The translations under genes and the position numbers were made by a program. The notes under the pieces were generated by a model. That model was given only the letters and a program-made list of their open reading frames with translations. It ran no database searches and was not told the DNA's origin. This document shows, piece after piece, positions 38,201 to 52,451 of a stretch of DNA of 64,000 bases. How positions within the stretch are numbered: position 1 is the stretch's first letter; the number at the start of each line of letters is the position of its first letter. Origin of the DNA: Lama guanicoe (taxonomy: Eukaryota); the NCBI GenBank assembly GCA_013239625.1, contig MU053304.1, forward strand, positions 1,116,001 through 1,180,000, read 5' to 3'.

Positions 38201-39804
38201 AAATATAAAGGCTATAAAAAGCTAAATAAACGGAAGTATTTATGACCAGAAATATACCTCAGGGAGATTACTTAACACAGAGTCAGAGGACAGCAACGCT
38301 TATGCTACCTAAAGAATCATCTAGGTCCACGGTGTTCCCTTTTACAACCTCATAATCCTCTTACCAAATGGTCACATTGCTTCACTTTAAATATTTCCAG
38401 GGTCCAGTAATGAGTATGAACAGATTTTAGAATCAGACAACTGTTAGAAAATGTTATAGTGAGACAAACATTGCCTCACCATAGTGTCTGCTGGTCCTGG
38501 GCCTGCAATGCAGATAAGCCAGTCTCCTAACGTCTCCTCCACATAAAGGCTCCTCACTGAAAACAGCTTGTCTGTCTTCCCCAAATAGTCTTCTCCAAAA
38601 ACCTCCGCTCAGCTTCTTTAACTGTCCTCCTTATTAAAGGCAGGACTAACATTTCAACTCTATCCAGATGGAATGATGCAGAAGACACCAGACAGCCACT
38701 TTCCTGCAAACGCTGCAAATGTCATTGTAGCTCAGGACCGCCATGAAGATTTTCTGCAGTTATATCACATAATTCATTCAAAGCCAGATCTTTGAATAAC
38801 ACTGCAATGATGGCTTTAATACTTCTCACTATTTAACTTAATCTCATTAACAGCCCATCATTCAACATTGTGGAAGTATTTCTGAATTCTGAAGGACATC
38901 CAGTATGCCAGCTATAGCTCTCATTTGTATTAACTGAAAATCTGATAGGTAGGTATGTCTCCCATGCCTCAATCCCTAACCAAAATACTGAAAAGGAAGT
39001 AGATATGAATGGAGCCTTTGAATCATCACCCTCTTTTCAGCAACAATCGGCTAATAATCTTTTGGGTGTGGTTGCTCAGCCACTTATATCTATACTTATT
39101 TCCAAATCATATTCAAAAGGCTTTTTGCTAACTACTCTGATTAAAATATGAATATACTATTTCCTCCATATTTCCTGAATAAGAGGACATGAAATAAAGT
39201 TACTTTGGTATGACTTCTTTACTAAGTCTTTGCTGGTTTCTACTGACTACTGCTTTCTTTTCTAAATGCTTATAGATTATCCTCCTACTAATCCCATCAT
39301 GAAACCTTATTCAGTATTAATATTAAGCAGAATTCTTTACCTTTTCCAGTCTGTTGTTACTACTCTATTCTGTTAATGCCTTAGATTTCTGACAGCAGTC
39401 TGTCATCATCCCATATATAAATCTTAAGTATCTCAGCATGCACTTTTTCTGAGCCAGGTGATAAAAATCACTTATTAGCAGTAAATGTTCTTTTATAATC
39501 TAATTACATGTGTTGCCTTTTCAATTTCATTGTATTAGTCTTCATTCTTAAGACGATTCTCTTTGACAGGGAAGAATCTGGCAATTAGTAGGTTTTCTGA
39601 GTATATTATCTGTGGATTTTATTCAGTGACCCTACGTAGTAGACCTCAGCCCCCTTTGCTTCTTTGACTAGATCAAAGTTTGGGGGCTTTTAACAACCCT
39701 TCATGTGCCTGAGTTTTATATTCTGCTTTGAAATCATGATATGATTTTGAATCTGAATTCAGACCATACTCTATGCTTTCTGATAGCAAAAGATGGGTAA
39801 GAAG

Positions 39805-39980
39805 TGGGGGTGTATTTTAAGGCATGGGGTTTGTTTCTGAGGTGATGAAATTTCTAAAATTGACCACGGTTGTGGTTGCACATTATCTGTGAATAAACTA
39901 AAAACCACTGAATGGGTTTAGACTCTGGGTGGGTGAATTGCATGATGTGCAAGTTATATTGCAATAAAGCTGTTTTTGAA
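39805..39980 (+). mobile_element. L1MB-like 3' end
   Basis: ggtgatgaaatttctaaaattgac...ggttgcaca...aaaaccactgaat...ggtgaattgcatg...caataaagctgtt. Confidence 0.75.
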
Positions 39981-40059
39981 AAACAGAGGAGAGAAGCAAG
40001 GAAACAGAAAGCTAGTTAAGGGACTTCTGAGATTAAAGACGCCCTGGATTCACACGTAA

Positions 40060-41770
40060 AGCTCTCTTCTTGCCTTTCAGAAGACGACGTTGTCACCTAC
40101 ATCATGAGTGTGGAGGAAAACACCAATGAAATTCCCTCATCTGCTAACCATTATACCCCTCGACCTATATTAACCCTCCTCGCTCTGGATTCCACTCACC
40201 TCCTTGCTTTCTCAGGATCTCATCCTATCTGTTATCTTCTTCTCATATAGTCAACTCTCCCTTACTTGATTCTCCTCAAACTCAATTTTAAACATGATCA
40301 AGATTTTCATTAACAAAATTACATAAGCTCTCCTTTGACTGCATAACCCACTCCCAGCTACTGCCTACCCACAATTAAACCTCTCAAAACACCTACCTGT
40401 GTTTTATAGCCCACATATCTTTCCAATTCACTCTCCACCTCAATCCCATGTGCCTTCTATGGCTAGTACTTTATAACTTTAAGACAGTTACCAATGACCT
40501 GCCTGCCATTAAACACAATTTTTAGTCTTCATTACATGTGTGCTCTTGGCAGCACTTGAAGTTGTTGATTACAACCTTCTTTTAAAACTGATCCTCCCTG
40601 TCCTCTGTGACTTACCAAAACTCTAATTTTTTTCTTCCTGTCTCGCTGGTTGCTCCTTCTAAATCTCCTTTTCGGCTCATCCTCCTTGACTGGGCCATTT
40701 AAACACTGGGAATTCCTCAAGGCAGAGCACAAGGCCCTCTTCTCATTCTGTCATCTCTCCCTAAGTGATCTCATCCGCACCCACATCTTTAATTAACCCT
40801 TAAATGCAGATGCCTCACAGATTCCCATCTTTAATCCAGTTCTCTTACTAGCATATAAAACAGCCTACTCAAAATGTCTCTAATTGGATGCCTCAAGGGA
40901 CCTCAGACCTAACGCATCTAAAACAGAACTCATGGCCTTGCCCGATGCCTGGTATTCGTCCCTTGTCCCGTATTTCTGGGAGTGATACCACTGCTGATGC
41001 TCTTAACATCTCAGAAACTTAGGATTCATCCTCTTCCATCTTCCTCACACTGCCCCAATATCTACTTCATCATCAAGTCCCCAAAATCCATCTATTTATC
41101 CCCACACCATCACCATCCAAGTCAGAGTCTCCATAACTCTTGTTTGGACTCTGAGTAGACTACCGACTGGTTTCCTTGAATCCCCTACAGTCCATTCTCC
41201 ACATAACAACTAGACTGATCTTTTCATAATAGAAATATGATTAACATTTGTGCTTAAAACTTAAAAGGCTTTGTCTTAAAATGCTTACATTTTTGTGTTT
41301 CAAATGTTTCGATTATCTATTGCTCTTAGGATGGAGAAATTTCCTTTTAACATGGCCTGTAAAACCCTGAATCGTCTGACCTAGTTCTCTGACTTACCTT
41401 CCAGTGCAATTCCTCCCCCCACTATCTATACACCAGTGCTTCTGGTCACACTGGTCTCCTCTCAGGGTCCTTGCACATGTGGTTTCCTATGCCTGCAACG
41501 TTCTTTGTGCTCACATCCTGCCCCACTTCCTGGCCAACTCCCACTCTCCCTTCATCGCTCAGCTCAACGATCACTTCCTCAGAGAAGTCTTTCTAAGTAA
41601 ATTCTATCATACATTCTCCTACCACCTGGTCCTTCTTCAGTGTTTCTCAGAGCTGCATATAATTCTGCTTTTCCTTACGATTTCTAATTAATGTCTGTTT
41701 CCTTCTGCTCCATCAGGAGCCCAGTGCTTGCAGGTGCTCCGTACATGCTTCATGAAATGACTGAACATCA
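40060..41770 (+). mobile_element. L2 LINE remnant
   Basis: Pyrimidine-rich L2 body (ctctccctaagtgatctcatcc...aatgcagatgcctc...tctaaaacagaactc) ending in a tgaatga-like tail. Confidence 0.75.
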
Positions 41771-43529
41771 GTATAAAATCCAGAGGAACATGGGACGGAG
41801 GGAAATGTGACGTTATCACACCATAAAGTCAAGGAATTCCTTCTTAAAAAGTAGTGCAGATACAGGGGCCGGAAGGAAGGACACCCTGCAACATCTCACC
41901 AAGAAAAGTTAAGGGAATCTACTTGGTAGAGTTACAATGGCGAGCAAGGAACCTAACTCCTCGTTTTCTCAGAGAAAACAGTCTGGAAGAATATACACCA
42001 AACTGAGTACAGTCTGCCTATGGCAAGGGGTAAAAAGAATACTTTCACTTTTCATTTGCTGTACTTTAGAGCTGTCTGAATGTTTTACAATTCATATTTT
42101 AATTTTTTTAAAGAGCAAAATACCATAGGGAATGAGATAAATAGATGAAAGTGTTCATTATGTTGGTAACAACTGGTTTATCTTCCTATTTCTACTTCCA
42201 TTTCCCCCTTTTCACTCTTCCCCACAGAACCCTAAACTTTTAAGATTTCTAACAAATAACTAAGTATATAGGTCACATATGTAAATAGGTCTACCAACCA
42301 TGTAAATAGGCACTTGAAAAACAGCGCCACAAAATGATGCCAAATAAAAGCTAGTTTGGAATAGAGCTTAACAGATAAAAGGTTGACTCAAACTACTTTG
42401 AAATAGAGAATGGCACTGGGGACAAGAAACTTCCAAATACCTGGGTACTTCCAAGGTTAGTTACCATCTTCACAGGATAATCGGCAGCATGATATAAAAG
42501 AAAAACTAAACTTCATCAACTTTATTGTTTATTAACAGTCCTGATAAATGAGAGTGATCAAGTCCATATTTCAATTGATGACTTCTAATTTAACGCATAT
42601 TTCAACTATTTGTGTGCTTTCTGTTCCCCAATATATCAACCACACGTTGATTAAAAAAGAGCTTAAAAAATAAGTAATATGATCAACTATTACTAAAAGG
42701 TGATCAGAAAAGCTTAAGAATTTACATGTTTCACCAGAAAAGGCGATGAAGAATTTACTGAATGAAGATGCCACATACAGAGCAAATAACTTGGCCATAA
42801 TTCTTATTTAGATTTCACCTGGTTCTCTACATCGGCATTCATAGTAGTGACCCTGCCCAGTTCCCCATCTCTGGCCAGCCTGCATTATATCAATATGTTC
42901 TCTGCCTCCCTGACCACATCCTCCTTATCTGCCACCTTCCAGTTTGTCTCCTCACACCTACTCAGTAAGCTATTCACACTTACAGCTCCTCACACACAGT
43001 ACCCACGTCAAGCTGCTGAGATCATCATGATACCTAATCCGCTGGGCTCCGTAATGACCATGCTACCTGTCTGGAAAGACTGTATGTTTCAAGGCTGCCC
43101 GTGTCCGTGGCTCCAGGTCTCTCACTGCCCTACGCAACGCTGGATGGCCTTTACTGAAAACCTTCTCTACTTCAGTGCCCAGGGTTCTGAGCATTGCAGA
43201 GAAGGTGATGGAACTTGTGCACACTTGGTTCACTAAAATTCATCTGTTCAATTGCCTTCACTTCCTCCAGAAACATTCCTTTCAGCTGGATTGGTTTTTA
43301 ACCAGTTACTCCCAGCAGCACATATTTTAAACAGTTGTTTCACCTTCCTCAAGAGGCTTTAGCTCTCTTTCCAGTCTATGTATCTGAACATTTAGCTTCA
43401 CTCCTTCCATACTGAGATAAGACTTTCTAATGAAAACATCTTCAACTTCCTTGATCCATCTTGTGTATTCCTGCCATCCTCTGTCTCAACCCTGCAGACA
43501 CAGCAGAATCACTTGGGGGACTTTTAAAC

Positions 43530-43925
43530 AAAGATGCCCACTCCCCTAAGAGACTTGTCAAAGACAAAAGGAAAAATAGCACTTTAATATGGAGACAGCC
43601 CTTAACCATGTGACCAAACTGAACAGTAACAAGACGACTGACCTCATGTGCTTCTAGAAAGGACATGCCACAAAGGGCACAGCATCATCACTTCTGTGGG
43701 TTTCTTGCCAAAAAGGCATCACTTGCATTGAATCATGAGGAAACATCAGCCAAACTCAAATTAAGGAAGATTCTACAAAATAACTGGACAGTATTTTCCA
43801 AAAGGGTCAAGGTGACTAAAGTCAAAGACAGATTGAGAAATTGTTCCTGACGGAAGGAGACTAAGACGTTATAGCTAAATGCGACATGTGATCCTAAATT
43901 GGATCCTGGTCCAGAAAAAGGATAT
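43530..43925 (+). mobile_element. L1MC/MD-type 3' fragment
   Basis: aatcatgaggaaacatcagccaaactcaaattaaggaagattctacaaaataactgg...ctaaatgcgacatgtgatcctaaattggatcctg. Confidence 0.7.
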
Positions 43926-44710
43926 CCTATCATCTTAACATCACTCACTTGTGGGGCAGTGCAATCAGGATGAGCTTTATTTTTCCTTTCATACTTTTCA
44001 TACTCTGTTGAATTTTCTGAATTTTTGGAATGAACATCAACTAAAATACATTATTTCATACAGATATATGTAAATATAGAAATCAGTTAAGACTAGGCTC
44101 AATGAAGGAAGACTAGAGCTCTTGCACACACGTGCACCCACACACCCACATTACCTATGGAGTGCTTATAAAAAGGGAAAGAGGGAGAAGCTGCAAATTT
44201 CAGCCTCCTCTCCCCTCACCAAATGGTTTTAAGTGTACAGGACTTTGGCAAACAGATGCTGAAGTAAAGAAAGAATCTGATAACCCTAAAGTTTTGAGCC
44301 AGGAATATAAAGGCAAAATTAAACCAGTCAGTCAGGAAGAGAGAGACCACTTCTGGGGCAGAGAAAATGAATTTTGAGTTGAATGTGTTAAGTCTGAAGT
44401 GGTAACTCAAGTATGGAATCTCAATATCTTAAGCGTTGAAAGAGATGGTTTCAATGCTTAAGATATTCTAAATCTTGGTTTTTAAATGCTTTTGGGGTCA
44501 CCGATATCATACTTCCTAAACCTGCTGTCACCATTTTTCAAAATAAAGATCTTGTGTAGAATCCCAATATACAAACAAGGATCAAGTAAAGCTGAAAAAG
44601 TGGATGAAGGGAGAAAGAGCACCTGAAAGCATGGTTCTACCTGCTTCTCCAGGGCACCCTTTACACATATGTGGAACATTAAGTTTAAAAGTAAAACAAA
44701 CACAAACATA

Positions 44711-44858
44711 GCGGAGAAGGTATAGCTCAGTGATAGAGTGCCTGCTTAGCATGCACGAGGTCCTGGGTTCAATCCCCAGTACCTCCATTAAGAAATAAAT
44801 AAATAAACCTAACTACCACCCTACTCCTCAAAAAATGAAAATAAAACAAAAAATAAAC
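44711..44858 (+). mobile_element. Camelid tRNA-derived SINE (Vic-1/SINE_Vpa type)
   Basis: tRNA-like head ggtatagctcagtgatagagtgcctgcttagcatgcacgaggtcctgggttcaatccccagtacctcc with A and B boxes, then aaataaataaataaacctaa and an A-rich tail; TSD aaacaaacacaaa at 44694-44706 and 44859-44871. Confidence 0.9.
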
Positions 44859-45569
44859 AAACAAACACAAAACACACACTCTCCCTGCACCTACCTGCCT
44901 TGATTTCTAACCAAAATAAGAATTCCTACTAAAGTCTATCTCATCAAAAGTATCTATCAGGTATAAATGTTAATTTTATTGCAGAAGGTTGGAAATTACA
45001 ATTATAGCATTTAAGTTTGAGTCTATTGCACAAATAAGCACTATGCTTTTCAAATGATTTAAAAAATCAGTTTTATTTGCCTACTTTTTTGACAGTGGTT
45101 TTTTTTTGTTTTTTTTTTTTTTTTTAAGAAAATCACTAAACTTGTGTGATGGTAGCATGGAAATTATCTGAAGTATCTTACATGACTGTGCTTTGGCCAG
45201 GGTGGACATAACTTAAATTATAAAAACTAAAAATTAAAGAACAAAGAAGTATAAGTTCATGCCTCCTGTTTAAAAGAAAATTTTCTTTTTTCATAATTAT
45301 ATAACATTATAATGTCACTGATTCATAAGAGGTTTAAATATTAATCCTGTGGGGTAGGACACCAGAATTATCAGTGTTCATTTTCATCTAAGATCTTTAT
45401 TTCTCTAACGTTCTTGATCCTACTGAAACATTTCAGTATACAAATATACTGTAATGTTAATACCCAAGAGAAAAGCCATCATAATACATATGCTGGTCAT
45501 TATGATCAGAGTAGTACATTTAAAAAAAATAAACTATCATGCCCTTTAAAAAAAAATATCAAGTTTCTT

Positions 45570-45757
45570 TAGGTAATAGGTAATGATCTTTTGGTGGGTC
45601 GTATGATCTCTGTCACAACTACTCAACTCTGCCTCTGCAGCAGGAAAGCAGCCATAGATCAAGTGTCAGTGAATGGGTATGGCTGTGTTGCAATAAAACT
45701 TTATTTAAATAACTAGGTAATGGACTGACCCAGGTCACAGTTCATTGACTCATGCTC
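45570..45757 (+). mobile_element. MER58-like MITE
   Basis: tctctgtcacaactactcaactctgcc...gcagccataga...ggctgtgttgcaataaaactttattta. Confidence 0.75.
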
Positions 45758-45997
45758 TGGAAAAAATGTGGTGGGTAGAATGATAGACCAAAGGATATGT
45801 GAACCTGTGGTTAACTGCAGACAACCATCAAATCCTCTCAATTCTCCCTGAGAAATCTAGTCTCATACCCTGCATCTCCACCTTACCCTTAAGCTTTCCT
45901 TGTCATCAAAGTCCTCTTACCAAGTTAATCCTCTGCCATTACGTCCATCTCTCCAACACTTTCAATCTCACCCCATCTCTGACTTTGAAACGTTGCT

Positions 45998-46800
45998 AGT
46001 GGAAATGTAAAATGTTACAGCAACTTGCAAAAGAGGTTGATGGTTTCTTATAAAGCTAAATATGTGCTTACCATATGACCCAAGAACTGCATTCTTGGGC
46101 ATTTATCCCAGAGGAAGCAGAAAACTTATATTCACACAAAACTTGTATGAAAATGTTCATAGTAGCTTTATTTGTATTAGTCAAAAACTAGAAACAGTCT
46201 AGATGTCCTTCAATAGGTGAAAGGGTAAACATTCACCCTATGTACACCTATGGTATATTCACAGAATGGAATGCTACTCAGCAATTAAGAGGAATTACTG
46301 ATAATAACTACTTGCATGGATCTCATGCAAGTAGGAGGGAGGGAATTAAGCTGAGTAAAAAAAAAAAGCTTATTTCAAAAGGTTACATACCATATAATTC
46401 TATTTATAAAACATTCTTGAAATAACAAAATGACAGATTGGGAGAACAGATCAGTTGTTGCCAGCAAGTTAGGGCTGGGGAAGAGGAGATGGGTGTGGCT
46501 ATGAAGGCATTGCAAAAGGGGGCCTTGTGGTTAGGGAACAGCTCTGTATTTTGACTGTGGTAGTGGTTATACGTGTGATAAAAATGCTTAGAGCTACACA
46601 CATACACTCACAGAATTATAAAACTGGGGAATTGGGAATAGGCCTGTGGACTGTACCAATGTCAATTTCCAGGTCTTGATACTGTATATAGTTTAGTGAG
46701 ATGTTACTATTAGGGGACACTGGGTGAAAGGTAAATGGGATCTCCCTGTATACTTTTTTGCAACTTCCTGTTAATTAAAAATTATTTTAAAATAAGGATT
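45998..46800 (+). mobile_element. Ancient L1M 3' region
   Basis: ttaccatatgacccaagaactgcattcttgggcatttatcccagag...atgttcatagtagctttatt...tttttgcaacttcctg. Confidence 0.8.
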
Positions 46801-49800
46801 TTTAAACAAAGCAAAACAACAATCGATTTCTTCAGCTCCCCCAGTCTATCTATGTTGTATATAAGGCCCTTTTCAATCTCCCACAATCCACATTTCTAGC
46901 CTCACTTCTTAACCACTCTCTTCCATCACCCCATAAAGTCACCTAAACTCCACTATTTTCTGAACACGCCACACTTCAGGCTGTTTCACAGTGTTTCCTC
47001 TCACTCTTTGCCTGCCAAACACCTCAAAACCAGTTCAAATCTCACCTGCTATCTTTGTGCCTGTCTCTGACAAAGATAATAACTGCTTCATCCTCTTCAT
47101 TCCCACAAAATTTCACTCATACCCCCAAGTATCTCTGTACTGTATTGTTTACATACCTGTTCCCGATTAGACTAAAAACTCCTTAAGAACAGGGATAAAA
47201 TTTGATCCATGTGCCCATCTATCTGCCCACATACACAACGGTACTAAAATGTCTGTGGATTCAATCAAGCTGGAAATCTTTTGCAAAAGATAAGAATAGA
47301 AGTGATGACAGTAATTACTTCCACTGTCATCTTTTGCCAAAAAAACTGTCCTGTCAACTACTGTGAGTATGGAACCTGGCATAAGGAAACATAATTCAGA
47401 TGGGAATCACTGTTTATAAAGTCATCCTTTTTAGAAACAATTTTGAAATGATCTATTAAGCAGAATTTTCCATGCTTCTGTTCACTATCAGTTTACATAA
47501 CTGAGTTTATTATAGTTTACATGTAATTAGTTCTTATTATTGAGAAATGCCTCAAAGGACCTAGATTTTTTTGAGGGGGAGGGGATTTAAATCATTTATT
47601 ATTTTGTCTTGTATTTTTCTTTTTTTTTCAGTTTCTTTACATCCACTCTTTAGCAAAAGAATCATTTTAAATAAGAGTCCTCTAAATATATACCAATCTA
47701 TATTTACTGTTTTAAATGTCAGTTCATTCTTTAAAAGGGATTTATTAGATGATCTCATAGAAAAAAGAAAGTTTTTTAAATAAATTAAGATAAAGGATGT
47801 GAGATGGAACCTAAAAGTAAACTGACAAATACTGCTGGTGCCAAATATTCAATGATAAGACCAATCCTATTATCATATCAATTTCTACATTAAAAAAAAT
47901 CCTACACACGTATGTGCCTCTCTACTAAAGAAAATGTCTGAGTATTCTAAGCTAAAAGATCATGGACTAAGAAAACCCTATTAATAACCTTCTGGTGTCA
48001 AAGATTACTCTAAACAAGTTTAGTAACCATGAGTCACTGCTAAATGGCTATGCTATGAAAAGGCTACTCCCTTCCCCCCTTTTAAGTATGCCAACAAACT
48101 TACTCCTCTTGTGAAATGAGTGAATATAGCTATTCAATGCTGTGAACACATGCATTCACAGCAATGAAGGGAACCAAGTATAAGCTGAGCGAGGCAGCCA
48201 TACCTTCTTTTATATAGCACACAGTGGGCAAAGAGTGTGTAAACAGTTATTATGTATACCAGATCTGTGTGACTGTTAGCAACGGAAAAACAAATTCCAC
48301 TGCACCCCACTCTCATGGCCTGGTTACTTAAAAATAAAGGGTTTTGCTAAAGGTATAAGGAAAGTAGTTTTCAAATTCTCTTTAAAAGGTATGGCTTAGT
48401 TCCTAAGGGAGTAATCTATCTGTATTATACACAATTCTTAATATGGCAACTGTGTACCATATAGAACACGGAAAAATACCACACGCTACAAAGAAAGAAA
48501 CACTGAAATGTTATATTTATCATTTTTGTCTATAAGATCACAAGAAACGAATGAGAAAATGCCCATGGGTATAATGAAAAAAGTAGAAACAGACAAGATA
48601 TTACATGGGTCTGCAGAGACAGGAGTGACTACCACCTCTGACTCTAACATAAGGGGTGTCTTAGGGAACAACAGCTTTCTTCACGTGGATCATGAGGATA
48701 ATAACTATTCCACCTCAAAACAAGATGGGAGGCCTGTTCTCAACAAAGGCACCTCGTAAACTACGGTGTTGTATCGATATAAGGATGTGCCAATCATACA
48801 AAGCTTGAATTCCTTCTACAAGACTTAAGTGGTCCCCTAGTCCACACCAATACATATCCAGAGACAGGAAACTTGTTATCTCCCAAGGAAGCCAAATTCC
48901 ACTTATTATTTTTCCTAATATCAAGATGAAGTTGGACTCGTTGTTTTACCTCCACTCACAGGTCTTAATTCTGTCTTCTGTCACTGTCTGGAACCTTCCC
49001 CTGATCTAATATTAGATGACCCCCTAAAAACAGTTTACTATGCTTGAGGGCTCAAATCTTATTCTTTCTCTACTTCACATCTCCAGTTCATTCAACTGTT
49101 TCTTATGGAAACTGTTCTGTGCCAAGCTGGTCAGTCCCCCTAAGACGTAGTTTCTCTACTTCCGCAGGAATGTAGTTGTCTACACAGAGCAGAAGATGAT
49201 CACGCTGAACTTAAATACTGCAACCTAGGCTTTCGATAGTTTTTTGGGGGAGCTTTATTACACAATCTAGTCTCAGGGCAAACATCTGTGGTTTCTAAGC
49301 CACCTATATATCTCAGTTGGTACATGGATAAAATTTTCTAACTCTCTTTACTGAATTATGATTGACATACAACAAAGCACACATGTTTAAAATGTGTAAT
49401 TTGATCATTCTGGACTTCGGTACACATTCATGTAACCCTCAAGACAGTGACATCTATCACCACCATGATTCCTCTGTGGTCCCCTCCCTCCACTAACTCC
49501 ACTCTAACCCTCCACATACACCCCTGCCAACCCCAAAGCAACTGCAGATGTACTTTCTGTCATTATGGCTAGTCACAGAGTTTTGTATAAATAGAATCAT
49601 ACACTATGTATTCTTAATAGTCTGGCTTCTTTCACTCAACAATTATTTTGAGATTCATTTACGTTGTTGTGTACAGCAATCGTTCATTCCTTTTTATTGC
49701 TGCATAGTATTCTATTCTATGGATGTACCACAACTGGTTTATTCATCTATCTGGGCTATTTCCTGTTTTGGACTATTACAATAAAGCTGCTATAAGTATT

Positions 49801-52451
49801 TATGCACAAGTCTTTGTATGGACATGTACTTCTTGTTTTCTTGAGTAAATACCTAGGAGTGAAATGGCTAGATGTAAGTTTAGCTTTTTAAGAAACCACT
49901 AAACTGTTTTCCAAAGTAGTTGTATTATCTTATATTCCCACCAGCAGTTCCTACTGCTCTGCATAATCACCAACATTTGGTATAGCAGTATTTTCAATTT
50001 TAGCCACTCTGATAGGTGTGTAGTGGTATTTCATCGCAGTTTACTTTGCAATTTCCTAAGATTAACATCTTTTCAAGTGCTTATCTGAAATCTGTGTATC
50101 TTCTTTGGTGAAGTGTGTATTTAATCCATTTTTTATTGGATTGTTTTCTTATTAAGTTTTGAGAGTTCTTTATGTACTCTGGATGCAATCTGCTGTCAAA
50201 TAAATGCTTTGCAAGGATTTTCTCAGTCTGTGACTTGTCTTTTCATTCTTTAACAGTGTTTTCTGAAGAGCTGAAATTTTAGTGTGGACAAATTCCAATT
50301 TTTTTCTTTTATAGAGTATGCTTTTGGTATCATATCTAAGAATTCTTTGCCTAGCCCAAGGTCACAAAGGTTATCCCACTTTCTTCTAGAAGTGTTTATA
50401 ATTTTAGGTTTTACATTTAGTTAGTGATCCGTTTTGAATTAACTTTTATATATGGCATGAGGTATGGATCCAACATGTTTTTTGCATGTGTGGCAATCAA
50501 ACTGTTTCAGCATGAATTGTTGGAACTACTGTTCTCTCTCCACTGAATTGCATTTGCACCTTTGTCAAAAATTTTCCATATATGTGTAGGTTTATTTCTG
50601 GATTCACTATTCTGTTCCATTGATCTATTTGTCTATCTTTATGTCAATATCACACTGTTTTGATTACTGTAGCTTTACTATTCTTGAAATCAGAAGGTGT
50701 GAACTCTCCAATTTTTTTGTTCCAAGTTGTTTTATTCTAGGCCTTTTGTATTTCCATATTCATTTTAGAACCAGTCTGTCAATTTCTATTAAAAAGCCTG
50801 CTGGGATTGCAATGAATCTATAAATCATCTGGGGAGAACTGACATTTTAACAATATTGAGTTCTTCAACCCATGAGCAAGGTGCCTCTCTCTTACTTAGG
50901 TCTTTCATCTCTTCACAGTATTTTGTAGTTTTTAGTGTACAGGTCTTTCATTTCTTTTGTCAGATTACTTCTAAGTGTTTCATGTTTTTTATTTAATAAT
51001 ATTTTATTTAATGTTATATTTAACATTTTAAAATTTGAATTTTGTTTTTCACTCCTACTGGCCCTTTGTATATTGTTGTAACCTACAAGCTTGCTAAACT
51101 CATACATTAGCTCTACTAGCTTTTTTGTAGATCTTCTGAGTAGATGATCATGTCATTCACAAAGACAGTTCCACTTCTTTCATCCCATGTCTTTTCTTTT
51201 TCTTGCCTGTCTGCACAGGCTACAATCTCCAAGCACAAAGCTGAATAGAAGAGGTGAAAGTGGACGCCCCCGTTTTCTTTTTGATCTCAGAGGTAAATGA
51301 CTCAGCCTTTCACCATTGTGTATAAGGCTCCCCGTACAGCTTTTGTAGATGCCCTTTACTAGGTTGAGGAAATTCTCTTCTGTTTCTAGTTTTGCAGAGT
51401 TTTAATCAGGAATGCTTAAATTTGCTTTAGAATTTTTATATCTATGTTCACGAGGGATACTAGTCTATAGTTTTCTTATAATGTCTTTGATTTGGGTATT
51501 AGGATAATCCTGGCTTCAAAGAATGAGTTAAGAACTATTCCCTCCTCTTAAATTTTCTAGAAAAGTTTGTGGAGAAATTGTGTTATATCTTCCTTAAATG
51601 TTTGGTAGAAATCTCTACTGAAACCATCTGTGCCTAGATTTTTCTTTGTGGGAAGATAATTAACTAAATTTTGCATTACTTTAATAGATACAGTGCTATT
51701 AAGGTACTGTATCTATTTGAAAGAATTTGTATCTTTCAAGGAATTTGCCCTTCTCATCTAAGTTGTCACATTTATTGGCATAAAGTTGTTCATAATATTC
51801 CCTTATAACCCTTTTACTATCTGTAGTGCTGTCAACTCTCTCATTCCAGATATTGGTAATTTGTCTTTTCTCCTGATCAGTCTTTCCTAGAGTCGATCAA
51901 TTTTACTCCTCTTCTCAAAGAATCAGTTTTGGTTTCATTGTTTTCTCTGGTTTTCTTTTAACTAATTTCTGCCTTAATTGTTATTTGTTTCTTTTCTCCT
52001 TACTTTGTGTTTAATTTGCTCTTCTTTTTCTATTTTTTCTTAAGGTAGAAGCTGAGACCTTTATAGCACTAAATATGAATTTAGTGTTATAAATTTCTAT
52101 GAGTAATGTTTTGGTAACATCTCATTAACTCTAATATGTTGTCTTTTCATTTTTATTCCACTCAAATAACTTCCTAACTTTTTCAATCCATGAGATATTT
52201 AAAAGTATGATATGTAGTTTCCAAATATTCTGGAATTTTTCTAAGGCTCTTTCTGTTATTGATATCTAATTGAATTCCACTGTAGTCACAGACATGTTAT
52301 GTATGTTTAGCCTTTTACTTGCTGATTTTCTGCCTACTTCTTCTATCAACCATTGGGATTGAGGAACTAAAATCTCCAATTATATTTGTGGATTTGACTG
52401 TTTCATCTTCTAGTTTTACCAGTTTTTGCTTTGTTTTATTTCACTTTTTTT

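Noticed and set aside
44711..44786. Possible tRNA-Ala gene
   Set aside because: Imperfect acceptor stem, SINE-specific tail, A-rich end and TSD make it a tRNA-derived SINE.
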